Part shown: piece after piece, positions 48,484-58,490 of the stretch | How the letters are laid out: each line of letters opens with the position of its first letter | How positions within the stretch are numbered: position 1 is the first letter of the stretch | Origin: Candidatus Rifleibacteriota bacterium | GTDB taxonomy: Bacteria; Muiribacteriota; Ozemobacteria; Ozemobacterales; Ozemobacteraceae | DNA length: 64,000 nt | Direction: 5' to 3' | Assembly (NCBI GenBank): GCA_024710355.1 | Contig: JANJUX010000051.1 | Span: 16,746-80,745, forward strand | The notes under the pieces: generated by a model | Told to the model about the DNA's origin: nothing | The model's input: only the letters and a program-made list of their open reading frames with translations | Databases searched by the model: none | Program-made: the position numbers and the translations under genes

Positions 48484-49071
48484 ATGAATCTTGAATGCAG
48501 CAATCTCGACAAGGTTTTTCACGATTTTCTCACCCTCAAAAAGATTCGCAGAACCGGTTGGCAGCTGCGTGGCATCCGAAACGGTGAGTCACTTGCTGAC
48601 CATTGTTTTGGCGTTACCCTGCTGACCTTTATGCTTGCTGATGTTGTTCAGGTCGGTATCAGCCGCGACCGCGCCGTGGCGATTGCAATCGTTCACGAAC
48701 TTGGCGAATGCCGGGTTGGCGACATACCTTACACCGCCCTGAAGTATTTTCCTGACAAAAGCAAAATCGAGACCGAAGCGGTCGAAGATATTCTTGGCCC
48801 GCTCGGCGAAAAAATCACCCGCGCCAATCTCGAACTGTTCAAAGAATTTGAAGAAGGCAGCACACTCGAAGCTCGCTTCGTCAAGGCAATTGACAAACTA
48901 GACATGTTGATTACAGCTGCTGAATACGAAAAGACCGGGTTTGCCAGTCTTTCTGACTTCTGGGCAAATGAATCAACCTTCCGACCCTTTGCCGAGTTTC
49001 CGGAACTGGCGGCCTATGCCGAGCATCTCCGCCGTAATCGCGAGCGTCGCCTGGCAGGCCGGCATGATTAA
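48484..49071 (+). CDS. HD-domain hydrolase (YfbR/HDDC2-like)
   Basis: LKKIRRTGW, ESLADH, HELGE...GD, DKLDM. Confidence 0.88.
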   Translation: MNLECSNLDKVFHDFLTLKKIRRTGWQLRGIRNGESLADHCFGVTLLTFMLADVVQVGISRDRAVAIAIVHELGECRVGDIPYTALKYFPDKSKIETEAVEDILGPLGEKITRANLELFKEFEEGSTLEARFVKAIDKLDMLITAAEYEKTGFASLSDFWANESTFRPFAEFPELAAYAEHLRRNRERRLAGRHD

Positions 49072-49783
49072 AATCACCGGTCTGACACGCAAATTCAACG
49101 GGTTTACCGCGGTCGATAACCTTAATCTTGAGATTCCGCCCGGGGCCATGTACGGGTTTCTTGGCCCGAACGGCGCCGGTAAGACCACAACCTTGCGAAT
49201 GCTGATGGGCCTCCTGCAGCCGACTGCCGGTTCGGTCGAAATCGACGGCCTGACAGTAGCAGCAGACCCTGTGGCTGTCAGGGCGCGGGTCGGATACCTT
49301 CCTGATGAGATTTTTCTTTACGATTACCTTACCGGCTACCAGTTTCTTGAGTTCGTTGCCGATATCCACAAACTGCCAGAATCGGCAAGAGAACCAAGAA
49401 TAAAAGAACTGCTCGATGTGTTCGGACTTGCCGACGCGGCTGGTGATTATACCGCTAATTACAGTTACGGCATGAAGAAGAAAATCGCTCTGGCCGGCAT
49501 TGTCATTCATTCACCATCGCTGCTGATTCTCGACGAGCCTTTCAATGGTCTCGACCCGCAGTCGACCCGTGATTTTCGCACGCTTCTCGAACGCATGGTA
49601 AAAGCGGGCACGACCGTAATTTTTTCAAGCCATGTGCTCGAAGTCGTCGAAAAGCTGGTGACTCATGTCGGCATTATCTGTCACGGAAAAATGCAGATGT
49701 CTGACACTATCGGCAATGTGGTCGCCAGACATGGTAGTCTCGAAAAGGCCTTTTTCAGTCTGACTGAGGCGGCGGGGGCGTAA
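49064..49783 (+). CDS. ABC transporter ATP-binding protein (exporter type)
   Basis: GPNGAGKTT, YSYGMKKK, LILDEP, SSH; ATG 49064 overlaps the end of the HD gene. Confidence 0.93.
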   Translation: MIKITGLTRKFNGFTAVDNLNLEIPPGAMYGFLGPNGAGKTTTLRMLMGLLQPTAGSVEIDGLTVAADPVAVRARVGYLPDEIFLYDYLTGYQFLEFVADIHKLPESAREPRIKELLDVFGLADAAGDYTANYSYGMKKKIALAGIVIHSPSLLILDEPFNGLDPQSTRDFRTLLERMVKAGTTVIFSSHVLEVVEKLVTHVGIICHGKMQMSDTIGNVVARHGSLEKAFFSLTEAAGA

Positions 49784-51173
49784 GCGGCTTGCGCTTGCGC
49801 AACCTCACCCGGGTGGCCTGTTCGAAGGTGTCGTCTGCCAGGCCTGTAATGGTGCGGGTTTCTACCAGCACATCGAGATCGGGTTTGAGGTTTTCGAGTG
49901 TCTCTTCGGTCAGAGCGGAAAAAGCGAAAAAGATTTCGCGGCCGTCGTGAGTCCTGATCATTCCGACTTTTTTCTCGATGTCGTATTTTTCGATTTTCCC
50001 GGGTGAGGCGTCTGATGTTTCTGATTCGCCGATCTTTTCGACCTGAACCGCAATCGGGCTCATCGCGTCTTTGACAACTCCGAACCTGACAGCGTCGCCT
50101 TTTTTGAGTCCAGCTTCCTGTTCAGGCTTTACGGCCGAATAATGCAGCAGCACTTCGGGGTATTCGGCGCAGCTGAGAACGCCCATGCCAGTTTCGGCGT
50201 TATACCATTTGACGACCCCTTCGACAAAGGCGTCTGGCGCCGGGTCAAAAACAATTTCTTCGACAGTGCGCCCGATTTCGCCGCGAATGGTCTCGATCTG
50301 AGCGATCAGCTGAGTGACTTCTGGCTGATCCGGCGAGCTTTTCAGGCTGTCGCGCAGTGTCTGTACTGCCAGACCAAGAAGCCGGCGTTTGAAATAAACC
50401 AGTCCGAGAAAAAGCAGAGCCGCCGCATCACCCGGGGCGATACGCAGGGCTTCGAGCAGGTGGGTTTCGGCTTCTTCAACCATGTCGAGTTCATACATCA
50501 CGCCGCCGGCCTCGCGGTGATATGAGGCATTGTATGGAAAGCGTTTCAGCATCTGCCGATACAGATCGAGTGCCTCGTCGTAAAATTTCATGCGGCTGTA
50601 GATGTCGGCTAGCTGTTCCATTGCGTCGACGTTGCGGGGGTCGACCTGCATTACCGCTTTGAAAGCTTCGGCGGCTTCGAGGTAATGCGTATCGGAGTTG
50701 TCGTCATCGTGCCTGAGCCGGTAAATATCGCCAAGATAGCGGTGAAAGAACGCCTTGCGCTGGCCGGTGCTCAGGCCTTGCCGATAAATGCGCAGGGCGC
50801 TGTCGAGATCGCCGCCCAGACGGTAGGCGAGCCCGACGGTTTCGTAATAGTCTGGTTCACCCGGGTTTTTGCCGATGCACCAGTTGATTTTGTCTATCGC
50901 CTGCTGCAGTTCGCCTTTTTCAAGGTGACCAACCGCCTCTTCGAATTTTTCGTTGAGATCTTCGAGAAAATCGGCGAGTTTTTCGTCGTATTCTTCGCGG
51001 CGTGCGTCGTCTGAAAGAAGATCAAAAGCATCTTTCAGTTCGCGCAATTTGGGAATATTGGCAAGTGGTGAATCTGATGAGAATAGCTCGGCATGTTTCT
51101 GCTTGTAGGCCGCGGCAATTTCTTCGAGAGACGCGAAGTTGGAAACCCCGAACAGCTGATAAAAATTTTGCAT
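49755..51173 (-). CDS. J-like domain, TPR and two cold-shock-like OB domains
   Basis: MQNFYQLFGV...AFDLLSDDARREEYD; TPR repeats; EGVVKWYNAETGMG...HYSA and GKIEKYD...GMI...IFFAFSA. Confidence 0.85.
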   Translation of the reverse strand: MQNFYQLFGVSNFASLEEIAAAYKQKHAELFSSDSPLANIPKLRELKDAFDLLSDDARREEYDEKLADFLEDLNEKFEEAVGHLEKGELQQAIDKINWCIGKNPGEPDYYETVGLAYRLGGDLDSALRIYRQGLSTGQRKAFFHRYLGDIYRLRHDDDNSDTHYLEAAEAFKAVMQVDPRNVDAMEQLADIYSRMKFYDEALDLYRQMLKRFPYNASYHREAGGVMYELDMVEEAETHLLEALRIAPGDAAALLFLGLVYFKRRLLGLAVQTLRDSLKSSPDQPEVTQLIAQIETIRGEIGRTVEEIVFDPAPDAFVEGVVKWYNAETGMGVLSCAEYPEVLLHYSAVKPEQEAGLKKGDAVRFGVVKDAMSPIAVQVEKIGESETSDASPGKIEKYDIEKKVGMIRTHDGREIFFAFSALTEETLENLKPDLDVLVETRTITGLADDTFEQATRVRLRKRKPLTPPPPQSD

Positions 51174-51325
51174 GCTGAGCCTTTGATTCAGTTGGTTTTG
51201 CTTGAATTTGTGATGCGACGATTTTAACCGCTTTTCGCCACTTTTGGCAAGACCAAATGCCAACCGGTCTGTGTTAAAAATATTGAAAAATGTATCCCCT
51301 CTGGGGTAGAGTGTGTGATTGATTT

Positions 51326-52429
51326 ATGGCCATATCTATAAAAACAGTTGACCGCTATGTCCTGAAAGAACTGCTGGAGCCGTTTCTTTTCGGCATGGCT
51401 TTTTTTGTCGCCATCTGGTTGATCGACCTGATGATGGAACTGATCAACCTGATTTTTGCCAAAGGGGTTCCGGTGTCGGTTGTCGGGCTGTTTTTCGTCT
51501 ACAGCCTGCCACCAACCCTCGTCATCAGCTTTCCGATGGCTTTGCTGCTGTCGAATCTCGTTGCTTTCGGGCGCATGTCGTCAGATTCAGAGATCACCGC
51601 TCTTAAGGCAGGTGGCTACAGCTTTTCGCGCATTGTCACCCCGGCGGTTATCGCCGGCATTTTCATTACCGGTCTGACTTTTCTGTTTAACGAAAAGCTG
51701 GTGCCGGTTGCCAACGAAAAGTTTACCAGGCTGTTCAGGCGCGAGGTGACGTTGAAGCGCCCGCTGCCGATTATCGCCGAAAACCGCTTCTTTGAAGCCG
51801 GCCCCGGTCGCAAATTCTTTGTGCGCAAATTCGACCAGAAAACCAAAGACATGTTCGGTGTCGTTATGTATGAGGGGCAGCCTAACGGTTTCCCGCGTGT
51901 AATCGAGGCAGACCGGGCCCGCATCGAGGGCGGTGTCTGCTATTTCTGGAAAGGCCGGGTTTCTGATATTCACATGAGTGGCGAAGACCGAAATTATACA
52001 TATTTCGACAACATGGAATACCCGATAGATACCCATTACGTGAACCCGGACCACGTACCCGATTCGAAGAATTCCCGCACAATGAACCTGCAGGAACTCT
52101 ATGCTTTCATTCAGGATGCCGAGGCAAAGGGTATGTCGACCAATATCATCACCCAGCACTGGATCGAATTCTGGTCGAAGACCTCGATTCCGTTTGCCGG
52201 GCTGATATTCGTGCTGATCGGGGCGCCGCTCGGTTCGCAGACTACCCGCTCGGGTACAGGCATCGGCATCGGCATGTCGGTGGTGATCATCTTTCTCTAT
52301 TACGTTCTGTTCGCCGCCGGAAAAGCCTTTGCCAAAGGCGCCTACGTGCCGCCTTTTGTGGGGGTATGGTTTCCGAATTTTATTATCGGCGCCATCGGCG
52401 CCTGGCTGATTGTTAAGTCAAAGGCCTGA
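51326..52429 (+). CDS. LptF/LptG family LPS export permease
   Basis: DRYVLKE, SEITALKAGGYS, periplasmic beta region, three C-terminal TM helices (W.PN). Confidence 0.92.
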   Translation: MAISIKTVDRYVLKELLEPFLFGMAFFVAIWLIDLMMELINLIFAKGVPVSVVGLFFVYSLPPTLVISFPMALLLSNLVAFGRMSSDSEITALKAGGYSFSRIVTPAVIAGIFITGLTFLFNEKLVPVANEKFTRLFRREVTLKRPLPIIAENRFFEAGPGRKFFVRKFDQKTKDMFGVVMYEGQPNGFPRVIEADRARIEGGVCYFWKGRVSDIHMSGEDRNYTYFDNMEYPIDTHYVNPDHVPDSKNSRTMNLQELYAFIQDAEAKGMSTNIITQHWIEFWSKTSIPFAGLIFVLIGAPLGSQTTRSGTGIGIGMSVVIIFLYYVLFAAGKAFAKGAYVPPFVGVWFPNFIIGAIGAWLIVKSKA

Positions 52430-52456
52430 TTTAGAACAAAAGGACACACAAACCAG

Positions 52457-54223
52457 ATGAAAAAGCAGCTTATCAACCTGATTCACAACAGGCTTGCCGG
52501 TATGTTCAAACGCTATGGCATCGAAGATTACAGCTTTATCGACGTGCAGGTGCCACCTGATCGCACCAATGGCGATTTTTCGATGAACGCTGCGATGAAA
52601 CTGTCGAAAGCCGCTAAATGCGCCCCCAGACAGCTGGCAGAAGAAATAAAAGCAATTCTTGAGGCCGAAAAAGACTGGTTCAGCCGTGTCGATATTGCCG
52701 GTCCCGGCTTTATCAATATGTATATTGCCGACGGTATGATCGAAAAGTGCTTTAACGACAAGGCTGCCGGCAGTGTGATTCTGGCCGATGAAGCCCAGAA
52801 GTCTGAAAAGACCGTTGTCGATTATTCAAGTGTCAATATCGCCAAACAGATGCACGTCGGGCACCTGCGCTCGACCATTATCGGCGACGTACTCGCCAGA
52901 GTGGTCGAAGCCCTCGGAAACCCGGTTGTCAGACAGAATCATCTTGGTGACTGGGGCCTGCCGATGGCAATGGTGATCTATAAAGCCGAACCTGAGATTG
53001 CAGCAGCCGAAAAGGCCGGTGTTTCTCTCGAAAAAGCTTTGCCACTGGCGCGACTCGAAGAACTTTACAAGGCTGCTACCGCTGAAAGCAAAGAAAAACC
53101 CGAAGTTGCCGAAGCCTGCCATCAGTATCTGGTGCGGTTGCAGCAGGGCGACAAGGGGTTGCTCGACCTCTGGCACAAAATCACCCGCGTTTCGATGGCC
53201 GAAGTTTATCGCATTTATCGCCTGCTCGATGTGAAGCTGACCGAAGAACACGAATGCGGCGAAAGTTTTTATCGTGACATGCTCGCCGAAACCGTCGAGG
53301 CGATTCGTAAATCAGGCTCACTGGTCGAATCTGAGGGTGCCCAGTGTCTGTTTCTCGACGAGTTCAAGTCGAAAGAGGGCAACCCGCTGCCGGTAATCGT
53401 GCAGAAATCAGATGGCGGCTACAATTACGCCACTTTCGATCTGGCTGCTGTCAGATACAGAACTGCTAAGCTGGGTGCTGAACGCATTGTTTATGTCACC
53501 GATGCCCGCCAGGCCCTTCACTTCAAGCAATTTTTCGCCGCCGCCCGTCATGCCGGCATTCTTGCCAATCCTGATGTGAAGCTTGAGCATGTAACTTTTG
53601 GTGCAATCCTCGGTGAAGACGGCAAGCCCCTCAAGACCCGCAGCGGCGAGAACGTTAAACTGGCCGATCTTCTTTCTGAAGCTGTCGACAAGGCCTATGC
53701 CGTGGTTAACGAAAAGAATCCGGGTCTATCAGAAGAACGCAAACAGGAAGTCGCACGTATGGTCGGCGTTGGCGCGATCAAATATGCCGATCTGGCACAG
53801 AACCGCAATAACGATTATGTTTTCTCGTTCGACCGCATGCTGGCTTTGAATGGCAATACCGCTCCGTATCTGCAGTATGCGCATGCACGTATCTGCTCGA
53901 TTTTCCGTCGGGCGGGTGCCGACCCCGATACTTTTGCTGCCCCGATGCGGATCAGTCAGGTCGAAGAGCGCGATCTGATGATAAAACTCATGGAATTCGG
54001 CCAGACCGTCGTGGCTGTGGCTACCGATCTGCGCCCGCATATTCTCTGCAACTATCTTTATGAACTTGCTACCTGCTTTTCGTCCTTTTACGACAAGTGC
54101 CCGGTGATGAGCTGCGAAGATCAGAGTCTCAAAGCTTCGCGCCTGGCAGTCTGTAACTATACCCGCAGAGTTCTGGCTCTTGGCCTCGACCTGCTTGGTA
54201 TAGCAGCACCACGGGAGATGTAA
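52457..54223 (+). CDS. argS: Arginine--tRNA ligase
   Basis: DYSSVNIAKQMHVGHLRST, NHLGDWG, KSDGGY, KTRSG, GNTAPYLQYAHAR, C-terminal P.EM. Confidence 0.97.
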   Translation: MKKQLINLIHNRLAGMFKRYGIEDYSFIDVQVPPDRTNGDFSMNAAMKLSKAAKCAPRQLAEEIKAILEAEKDWFSRVDIAGPGFINMYIADGMIEKCFNDKAAGSVILADEAQKSEKTVVDYSSVNIAKQMHVGHLRSTIIGDVLARVVEALGNPVVRQNHLGDWGLPMAMVIYKAEPEIAAAEKAGVSLEKALPLARLEELYKAATAESKEKPEVAEACHQYLVRLQQGDKGLLDLWHKITRVSMAEVYRIYRLLDVKLTEEHECGESFYRDMLAETVEAIRKSGSLVESEGAQCLFLDEFKSKEGNPLPVIVQKSDGGYNYATFDLAAVRYRTAKLGAERIVYVTDARQALHFKQFFAAARHAGILANPDVKLEHVTFGAILGEDGKPLKTRSGENVKLADLLSEAVDKAYAVVNEKNPGLSEERKQEVARMVGVGAIKYADLAQNRNNDYVFSFDRMLALNGNTAPYLQYAHARICSIFRRAGADPDTFAAPMRISQVEERDLMIKLMEFGQTVVAVATDLRPHILCNYLYELATCFSSFYDKCPVMSCEDQSLKASRLAVCNYTRRVLALGLDLLGIAAPREM

Positions 54224-54225
54224 AG

Positions 54226-56958
54226 ATGGCGATCTGCCCGAAATGTTCTTTTGCTTCTGTTGCCGGCCGCTTTTGCGGTAAATGCGGCGCTGTGGCATTG
54301 TCGGCCGCTTCTGCCGAAGGTCCTGCCGCGGTTGTGTCACAGCCTGTGGCCGCGGTTCCGACAAAAGATGAGCTGTCCGGCCTGGAGCAGGCGCTTAAGA
54401 AGAACCCGGGCGAAATCACGAACTTTATCAACCTGGCCGAAGCCCTTGCAAGCATGGGGCGCTTTGACCAGGCATATTCGACTTTCAGGGCGGCAAAAGC
54501 CATTGCGCCCGAGCATGCCGGAGTCCTCAAGACCGGTGCCCGCGTTTTTGAGCTGATGAACCGCCGCGAAGAGGCTATAGACTGTCTTAAAAAAGCCATA
54601 AAAAGCAACAATAAAGACAGTGACGCTATTTTTCGTCTTGCCGGGCTGCTATACGACAGCGGCAAGAAAGAAGAGGCCCTTGAGTGGCTTCAGGAGCTGT
54701 TCGAACGCTCTGATGATCAGCCCGAAATATTGATCCGCATCGCTCAGATTCATCTGAGCCTCGGCAATGCCCCGGACGCACAGGAATACCTGGCCCGTTA
54801 CAAGGAAGTTGCCGGCTCGACCTGCGAAATGTATCTGCTGCTCGGTCAGACAATGCTGACGCGCAAATTCTACGACGGTGCCGTCAAAAATTTCCGCGAG
54901 GCGATCAGAACTTTTCCGAATGATGCGCAGATGCGCCTTGGGCTTGGCCGTGCCTATCTTGGCATGAACGAAAAAGGCCAGGCTCTTCTTGAGTTCGAGC
55001 AGGCCTTGAATAAAAGCCCGGATAACATCGATATTCTTATCGAGCTTGGCAAACTTCAGAACTCGATGGGCATGGAAGACCAGGCCGATCTGACTTTTGC
55101 AAAGATTGAAAAAGCGAAACCTGCCAACGGCGAATGTTATCTGGCTATCGCTCTTCATTTTATCGAACGCAGCAACCTCACCCGCGCAACAAAGTATCTG
55201 GAGATGGCGCATGAACTGAGCCCCTATCACCCCGAAATCCAGCAGATTCTTGGCCAGACCTATGCCCGCCAGAAGCGGCATGCCGATGCTCTCAAGATTT
55301 TTCGGCATGCGATCGAAACCTACCCGGAATGTCAGTGGGGTCATGAAGGCATTGTGGTCAGTGCCCACGAAAGCAAAAATTTCGAACTCAAGGCCGCGTC
55401 TCAGAAACGTCTGCTGCAGATTCGCAAATCATCTGCCGAAGACTGGTGCGATTACGGTGAAACCCTCATCAGGCTCGGGCAGTTCGACACAGCTCAGGAT
55501 GCTTTCGAAGCGGCTTCGCGCCTAGATCCTACCTGTGTCAGGGCCTACCAGGCACCAGAGCTGATCAAAATCGAAAAGGCCCGGGCTGAAGGCGAGAAAC
55601 TGGCATTGCAGGGTAATGAAGCTCTGCAGAAAAAGTTTTTTCTTACCGCTGCTGAGCGCCTCGAAAAGGCTCTAGATCTTGTGCCCAATCAGCCTGAATG
55701 GGTGAGAATGCTGGCCGAAGTTTCGCTGAAAACTGCCGAAATTGAACGGGCCTCGTCACTGCTGCTCAAGGCGAGGGCATTCGATGCTTCTGACTATCTC
55801 ACAACCTTCAATCTGGCAAGGGTTTATGAATTCGAAAACAAGATTCAGATGGCAATCGAACTGCTTTCGACCCTTACCCGCGATCATCCGACCCAGCTCG
55901 AAGCTCATCTGATGCTGCTGCGGCTCAAGCGCAGCCAGATCAGAGGTAATCGTGTCGAGCCCGAAATGCTCGAAGCGCTGGTGCGTAATCTCGAGCTCGA
56001 ACTGGCGCATATCCGCCGTGATTCGCCGGTGCCTCTGCTGGTCAAGGGCTATGCCCATTTCCTGTTCGGTATGCGTTCGAAACTTCAGACCGAGGCTCTC
56101 GCCTCTGCCGAAAAAACTTTTAACGAGACTCTGGCGCGCTTCGGCGAGAATGAAAACGCGATTCGTGGCCTGGCATTGTGTGAAAGGGCGCGCGGTAATG
56201 TCGAAAAAGCGGTTGAACATACCCGTTCTCTGGTCAAGCTTTCGTCAGATCCGCAGCGTCTCTTTGAGTTGGGTCGACTGCACGAGAACTTTCAGCAGTT
56301 CGGCGAGGCCCGGAAGTGCTACGCGTCATTGCGCAGCCTTTTCCCTGAGAATGGCCACTATCGCCGCAAAATGCTCGAAGTTACCGCCGGAGTGTCTAAG
56401 ATCAGCAGTAAAAACGAACTGATGAATCTTCTGTCTGAACATCATCAGGCGCTGCAGGCAAAGCCAGATCAGATATGGCTGCTGTACGAATCGGCGATCG
56501 GCCAGGAGTTGGTTGCCGAGTTCAATGCCCAGAAAGAAGAATGGGTGAAACGGGCGCTGCTCAACTGGCACAAGGCTATCAACCACTCTTCGACCAACCA
56601 CTGGATGCGCTGGGCGATGCAGCGTTGTCAGTATAAGCATTTGAAAGGGCCTGACCGTCAGCGTGCGGCGACAACGAATCTCAAGGCCTGTGAGAAAATT
56701 CTGCGCGAGATGCCCGACAGCGCCATGGCTTATCAGGCTATGGGCAGATGCTACCTGGCAATGGGCGATCTTACCAATACCGATAAGGCGCTCGGCTATC
56801 TTGAAAAATCCTGGTTTCTTGGGTCGGACAATTCAGAAACTGGTGAATTGCTTGCGAGAACCGCGAAAGAACTGGGTAAGTCTGTTATAGTAGACTCAGT
56901 TGGTTATAACATGCTACTATTAGAACCCGAGCTGGCGAATGGTATTTTCCAGCTCTGA
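54226..56958 (+). CDS. Zinc-ribbon and large TPR protein
   Basis: CPKC...FCGKCG followed by ~850 aa of TPR repeats. Confidence 0.88.
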   Translation: MAICPKCSFASVAGRFCGKCGAVALSAASAEGPAAVVSQPVAAVPTKDELSGLEQALKKNPGEITNFINLAEALASMGRFDQAYSTFRAAKAIAPEHAGVLKTGARVFELMNRREEAIDCLKKAIKSNNKDSDAIFRLAGLLYDSGKKEEALEWLQELFERSDDQPEILIRIAQIHLSLGNAPDAQEYLARYKEVAGSTCEMYLLLGQTMLTRKFYDGAVKNFREAIRTFPNDAQMRLGLGRAYLGMNEKGQALLEFEQALNKSPDNIDILIELGKLQNSMGMEDQADLTFAKIEKAKPANGECYLAIALHFIERSNLTRATKYLEMAHELSPYHPEIQQILGQTYARQKRHADALKIFRHAIETYPECQWGHEGIVVSAHESKNFELKAASQKRLLQIRKSSAEDWCDYGETLIRLGQFDTAQDAFEAASRLDPTCVRAYQAPELIKIEKARAEGEKLALQGNEALQKKFFLTAAERLEKALDLVPNQPEWVRMLAEVSLKTAEIERASSLLLKARAFDASDYLTTFNLARVYEFENKIQMAIELLSTLTRDHPTQLEAHLMLLRLKRSQIRGNRVEPEMLEALVRNLELELAHIRRDSPVPLLVKGYAHFLFGMRSKLQTEALASAEKTFNETLARFGENENAIRGLALCERARGNVEKAVEHTRSLVKLSSDPQRLFELGRLHENFQQFGEARKCYASLRSLFPENGHYRRKMLEVTAGVSKISSKNELMNLLSEHHQALQAKPDQIWLLYESAIGQELVAEFNAQKEEWVKRALLNWHKAINHSSTNHWMRWAMQRCQYKHLKGPDRQRAATTNLKACEKILREMPDSAMAYQAMGRCYLAMGDLTNTDKALGYLEKSWFLGSDNSETGELLARTAKELGKSVIVDSVGYNMLLLEPELANGIFQL

Positions 56959-56986
56959 TTTTGCTGTTTCAGAGAGAAAGGTTTGC

Positions 56987-57472
56987 TTGCATAACGATAT
57001 TCAGATGCTGATCAATCAGATGCCTGCCACTTCTACGCAGATGAAAATGCATGTGAGAGGCAGCTCAGAAACCCTGGCGTTGATTCGCCGGGTTATTGTC
57101 GCATGCGTGCAGCATCTCAATCTTGGTCCATCGCTTCTCAACGACATCAAGCTAGCCACCACCGAAGCTTGTACCAATGTCATCAAGCATGCCTATAAAT
57201 TCAACGACGCCATGTCGTTCGACCTCGAAATTAAGACAAGTGACGAGGTTTTTGTTGTCGAAGTCTTTTATGAAGATCCTGATTTTGTGCCCGAAAAAAT
57301 TCCGGTTCCCAACCTCAAAGAAATCAAAGAGGGCGGCCTGGGTGTTTTTATTATCAGAAGCATCATGGATCACGTGAACTACATTACCGATTCCCGCAGT
57401 GGCCACGTCAGGCTGCAGATGGTTAAGTTATTGAACTCGAAAGAGAGTATTGGAGGCCAGAGTGAAGATTGA
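56987..57472 (+). CDS. Anti-sigma factor / RsbW-like HATPase
   Basis: IKLATTEACTNVIKHAY, EGGLGVFIIRSIMD. Start uncertain. Confidence 0.9.
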   Translation: MHNDIQMLINQMPATSTQMKMHVRGSSETLALIRRVIVACVQHLNLGPSLLNDIKLATTEACTNVIKHAYKFNDAMSFDLEIKTSDEVFVVEVFYEDPDFVPEKIPVPNLKEIKEGGLGVFIIRSIMDHVNYITDSRSGHVRLQMVKLLNSKESIGGQSED

Positions 57473-57770
57473 CAGCCAGATTGACAAAGAAAAGAAAATT
57501 AAGGTCTTCCATGTTGAAGGGGAAGTGGACATTCACCACCTCAAGAACCTGAAGGCGGAAATCATGGATTCTATCGAATCCAACGGCTGGACCTATGAAA
57601 TCAACATGGAAAAGGTGACCTATCTCGACAGTTCTGGGCTTGGCCTGCTTGTTTACATTAAAAAAGAAATCACCCGCCATAACGGCAAGTTGAGAATTCT
57701 CAATGTCAGCGAGCAGGTTCTCAACGTTTTTAAGGTCACCAAGCTCGATGAATTTTTCGAAATAGCCTGA
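57462..57770 (+). CDS. Anti-sigma factor antagonist (STAS, RsbV-like)
   Basis: GEVD, VTYLDSSGLG, VFKVTKL; GTG after GGAGG. Confidence 0.92.
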   Translation: MKIDSQIDKEKKIKVFHVEGEVDIHHLKNLKAEIMDSIESNGWTYEINMEKVTYLDSSGLGLLVYIKKEITRHNGKLRILNVSEQVLNVFKVTKLDEFFEIA

Positions 57771-57790
57771 AAGGACAGGATCAGAACCGG

Positions 57791-58426
57791 ATGAAAGGTC
57801 TGTTTATTACATTTGAAGGCCCCGAGGGCAGTGGCAAGTCGACTCAGATCAAGCTGCTGCGCCAGTTTTTGGCAGAACGGGGCCACGATGTTGTAACAAC
57901 CCGCGAACCCGGTGGAACTGCTGCCGGAGACCGCATCAGATCGGTTCTTCTCGACAAGGATTGTGGCAGTCTCGAACCTGAGACCGAGCTTTTCCTGATG
58001 CTGGCTCAGCGGAGCGAGCATCTCAAAAAGGTGATTCTGCCGGCTCTTAAAGCCGGAAAAACAGTTTTGTGTGATCGTTATTTCGATTCGAGCATGGCTT
58101 ACCAGGGCTATGCCCGCGGGCTTGGAATCGAAAGAGTGCGCAGCGTTCACGAGGCTTTTCTGCCGGGGTTTCTACCCGATCTTACCGTATTGTTGCGTAT
58201 TGCGCCCGAAGTTGGTCTTGAACGTGCCCGCCATGGTGGCGCCAAGCAGCTTGACCGCATGGAATCGGAAGCTATCGATTTTCATCGAAAGGTTCTGGCA
58301 GGTTATGATCTGGTTGCGGCAGAAGAGTCCGACAGATTTGTGATAGTTGAGGCTGATGGGCAGCCAGAAAAAATGGCTGACCGTATCGCTGCCGAGATAA
58401 GCAGGCGTTTTGAGGAGCTGAGTTGA
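57791..58426 (+). CDS. tmk: Thymidylate kinase
   Basis: FEGPEGSGKST, TREPGG, CDRYFDSSMAYQG. Confidence 0.97.
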   Translation: MKGLFITFEGPEGSGKSTQIKLLRQFLAERGHDVVTTREPGGTAAGDRIRSVLLDKDCGSLEPETELFLMLAQRSEHLKKVILPALKAGKTVLCDRYFDSSMAYQGYARGLGIERVRSVHEAFLPGFLPDLTVLLRIAPEVGLERARHGGAKQLDRMESEAIDFHRKVLAGYDLVAAEESDRFVIVEADGQPEKMADRIAAEISRRFEELS

Positions 58427-58490
58427 GTTGTACAGCGAAAATATTGGAGTGGTTGAAACCGAAGCACCGGGTGAGGTAGCTGGCTTTTTT

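Noticed and set aside
51292-51309. TATCCCCTCTGGGGTA resembling a CsoR/RcnR operator
   Set aside because: Single imperfect copy with no metal-homeostasis genes nearby.
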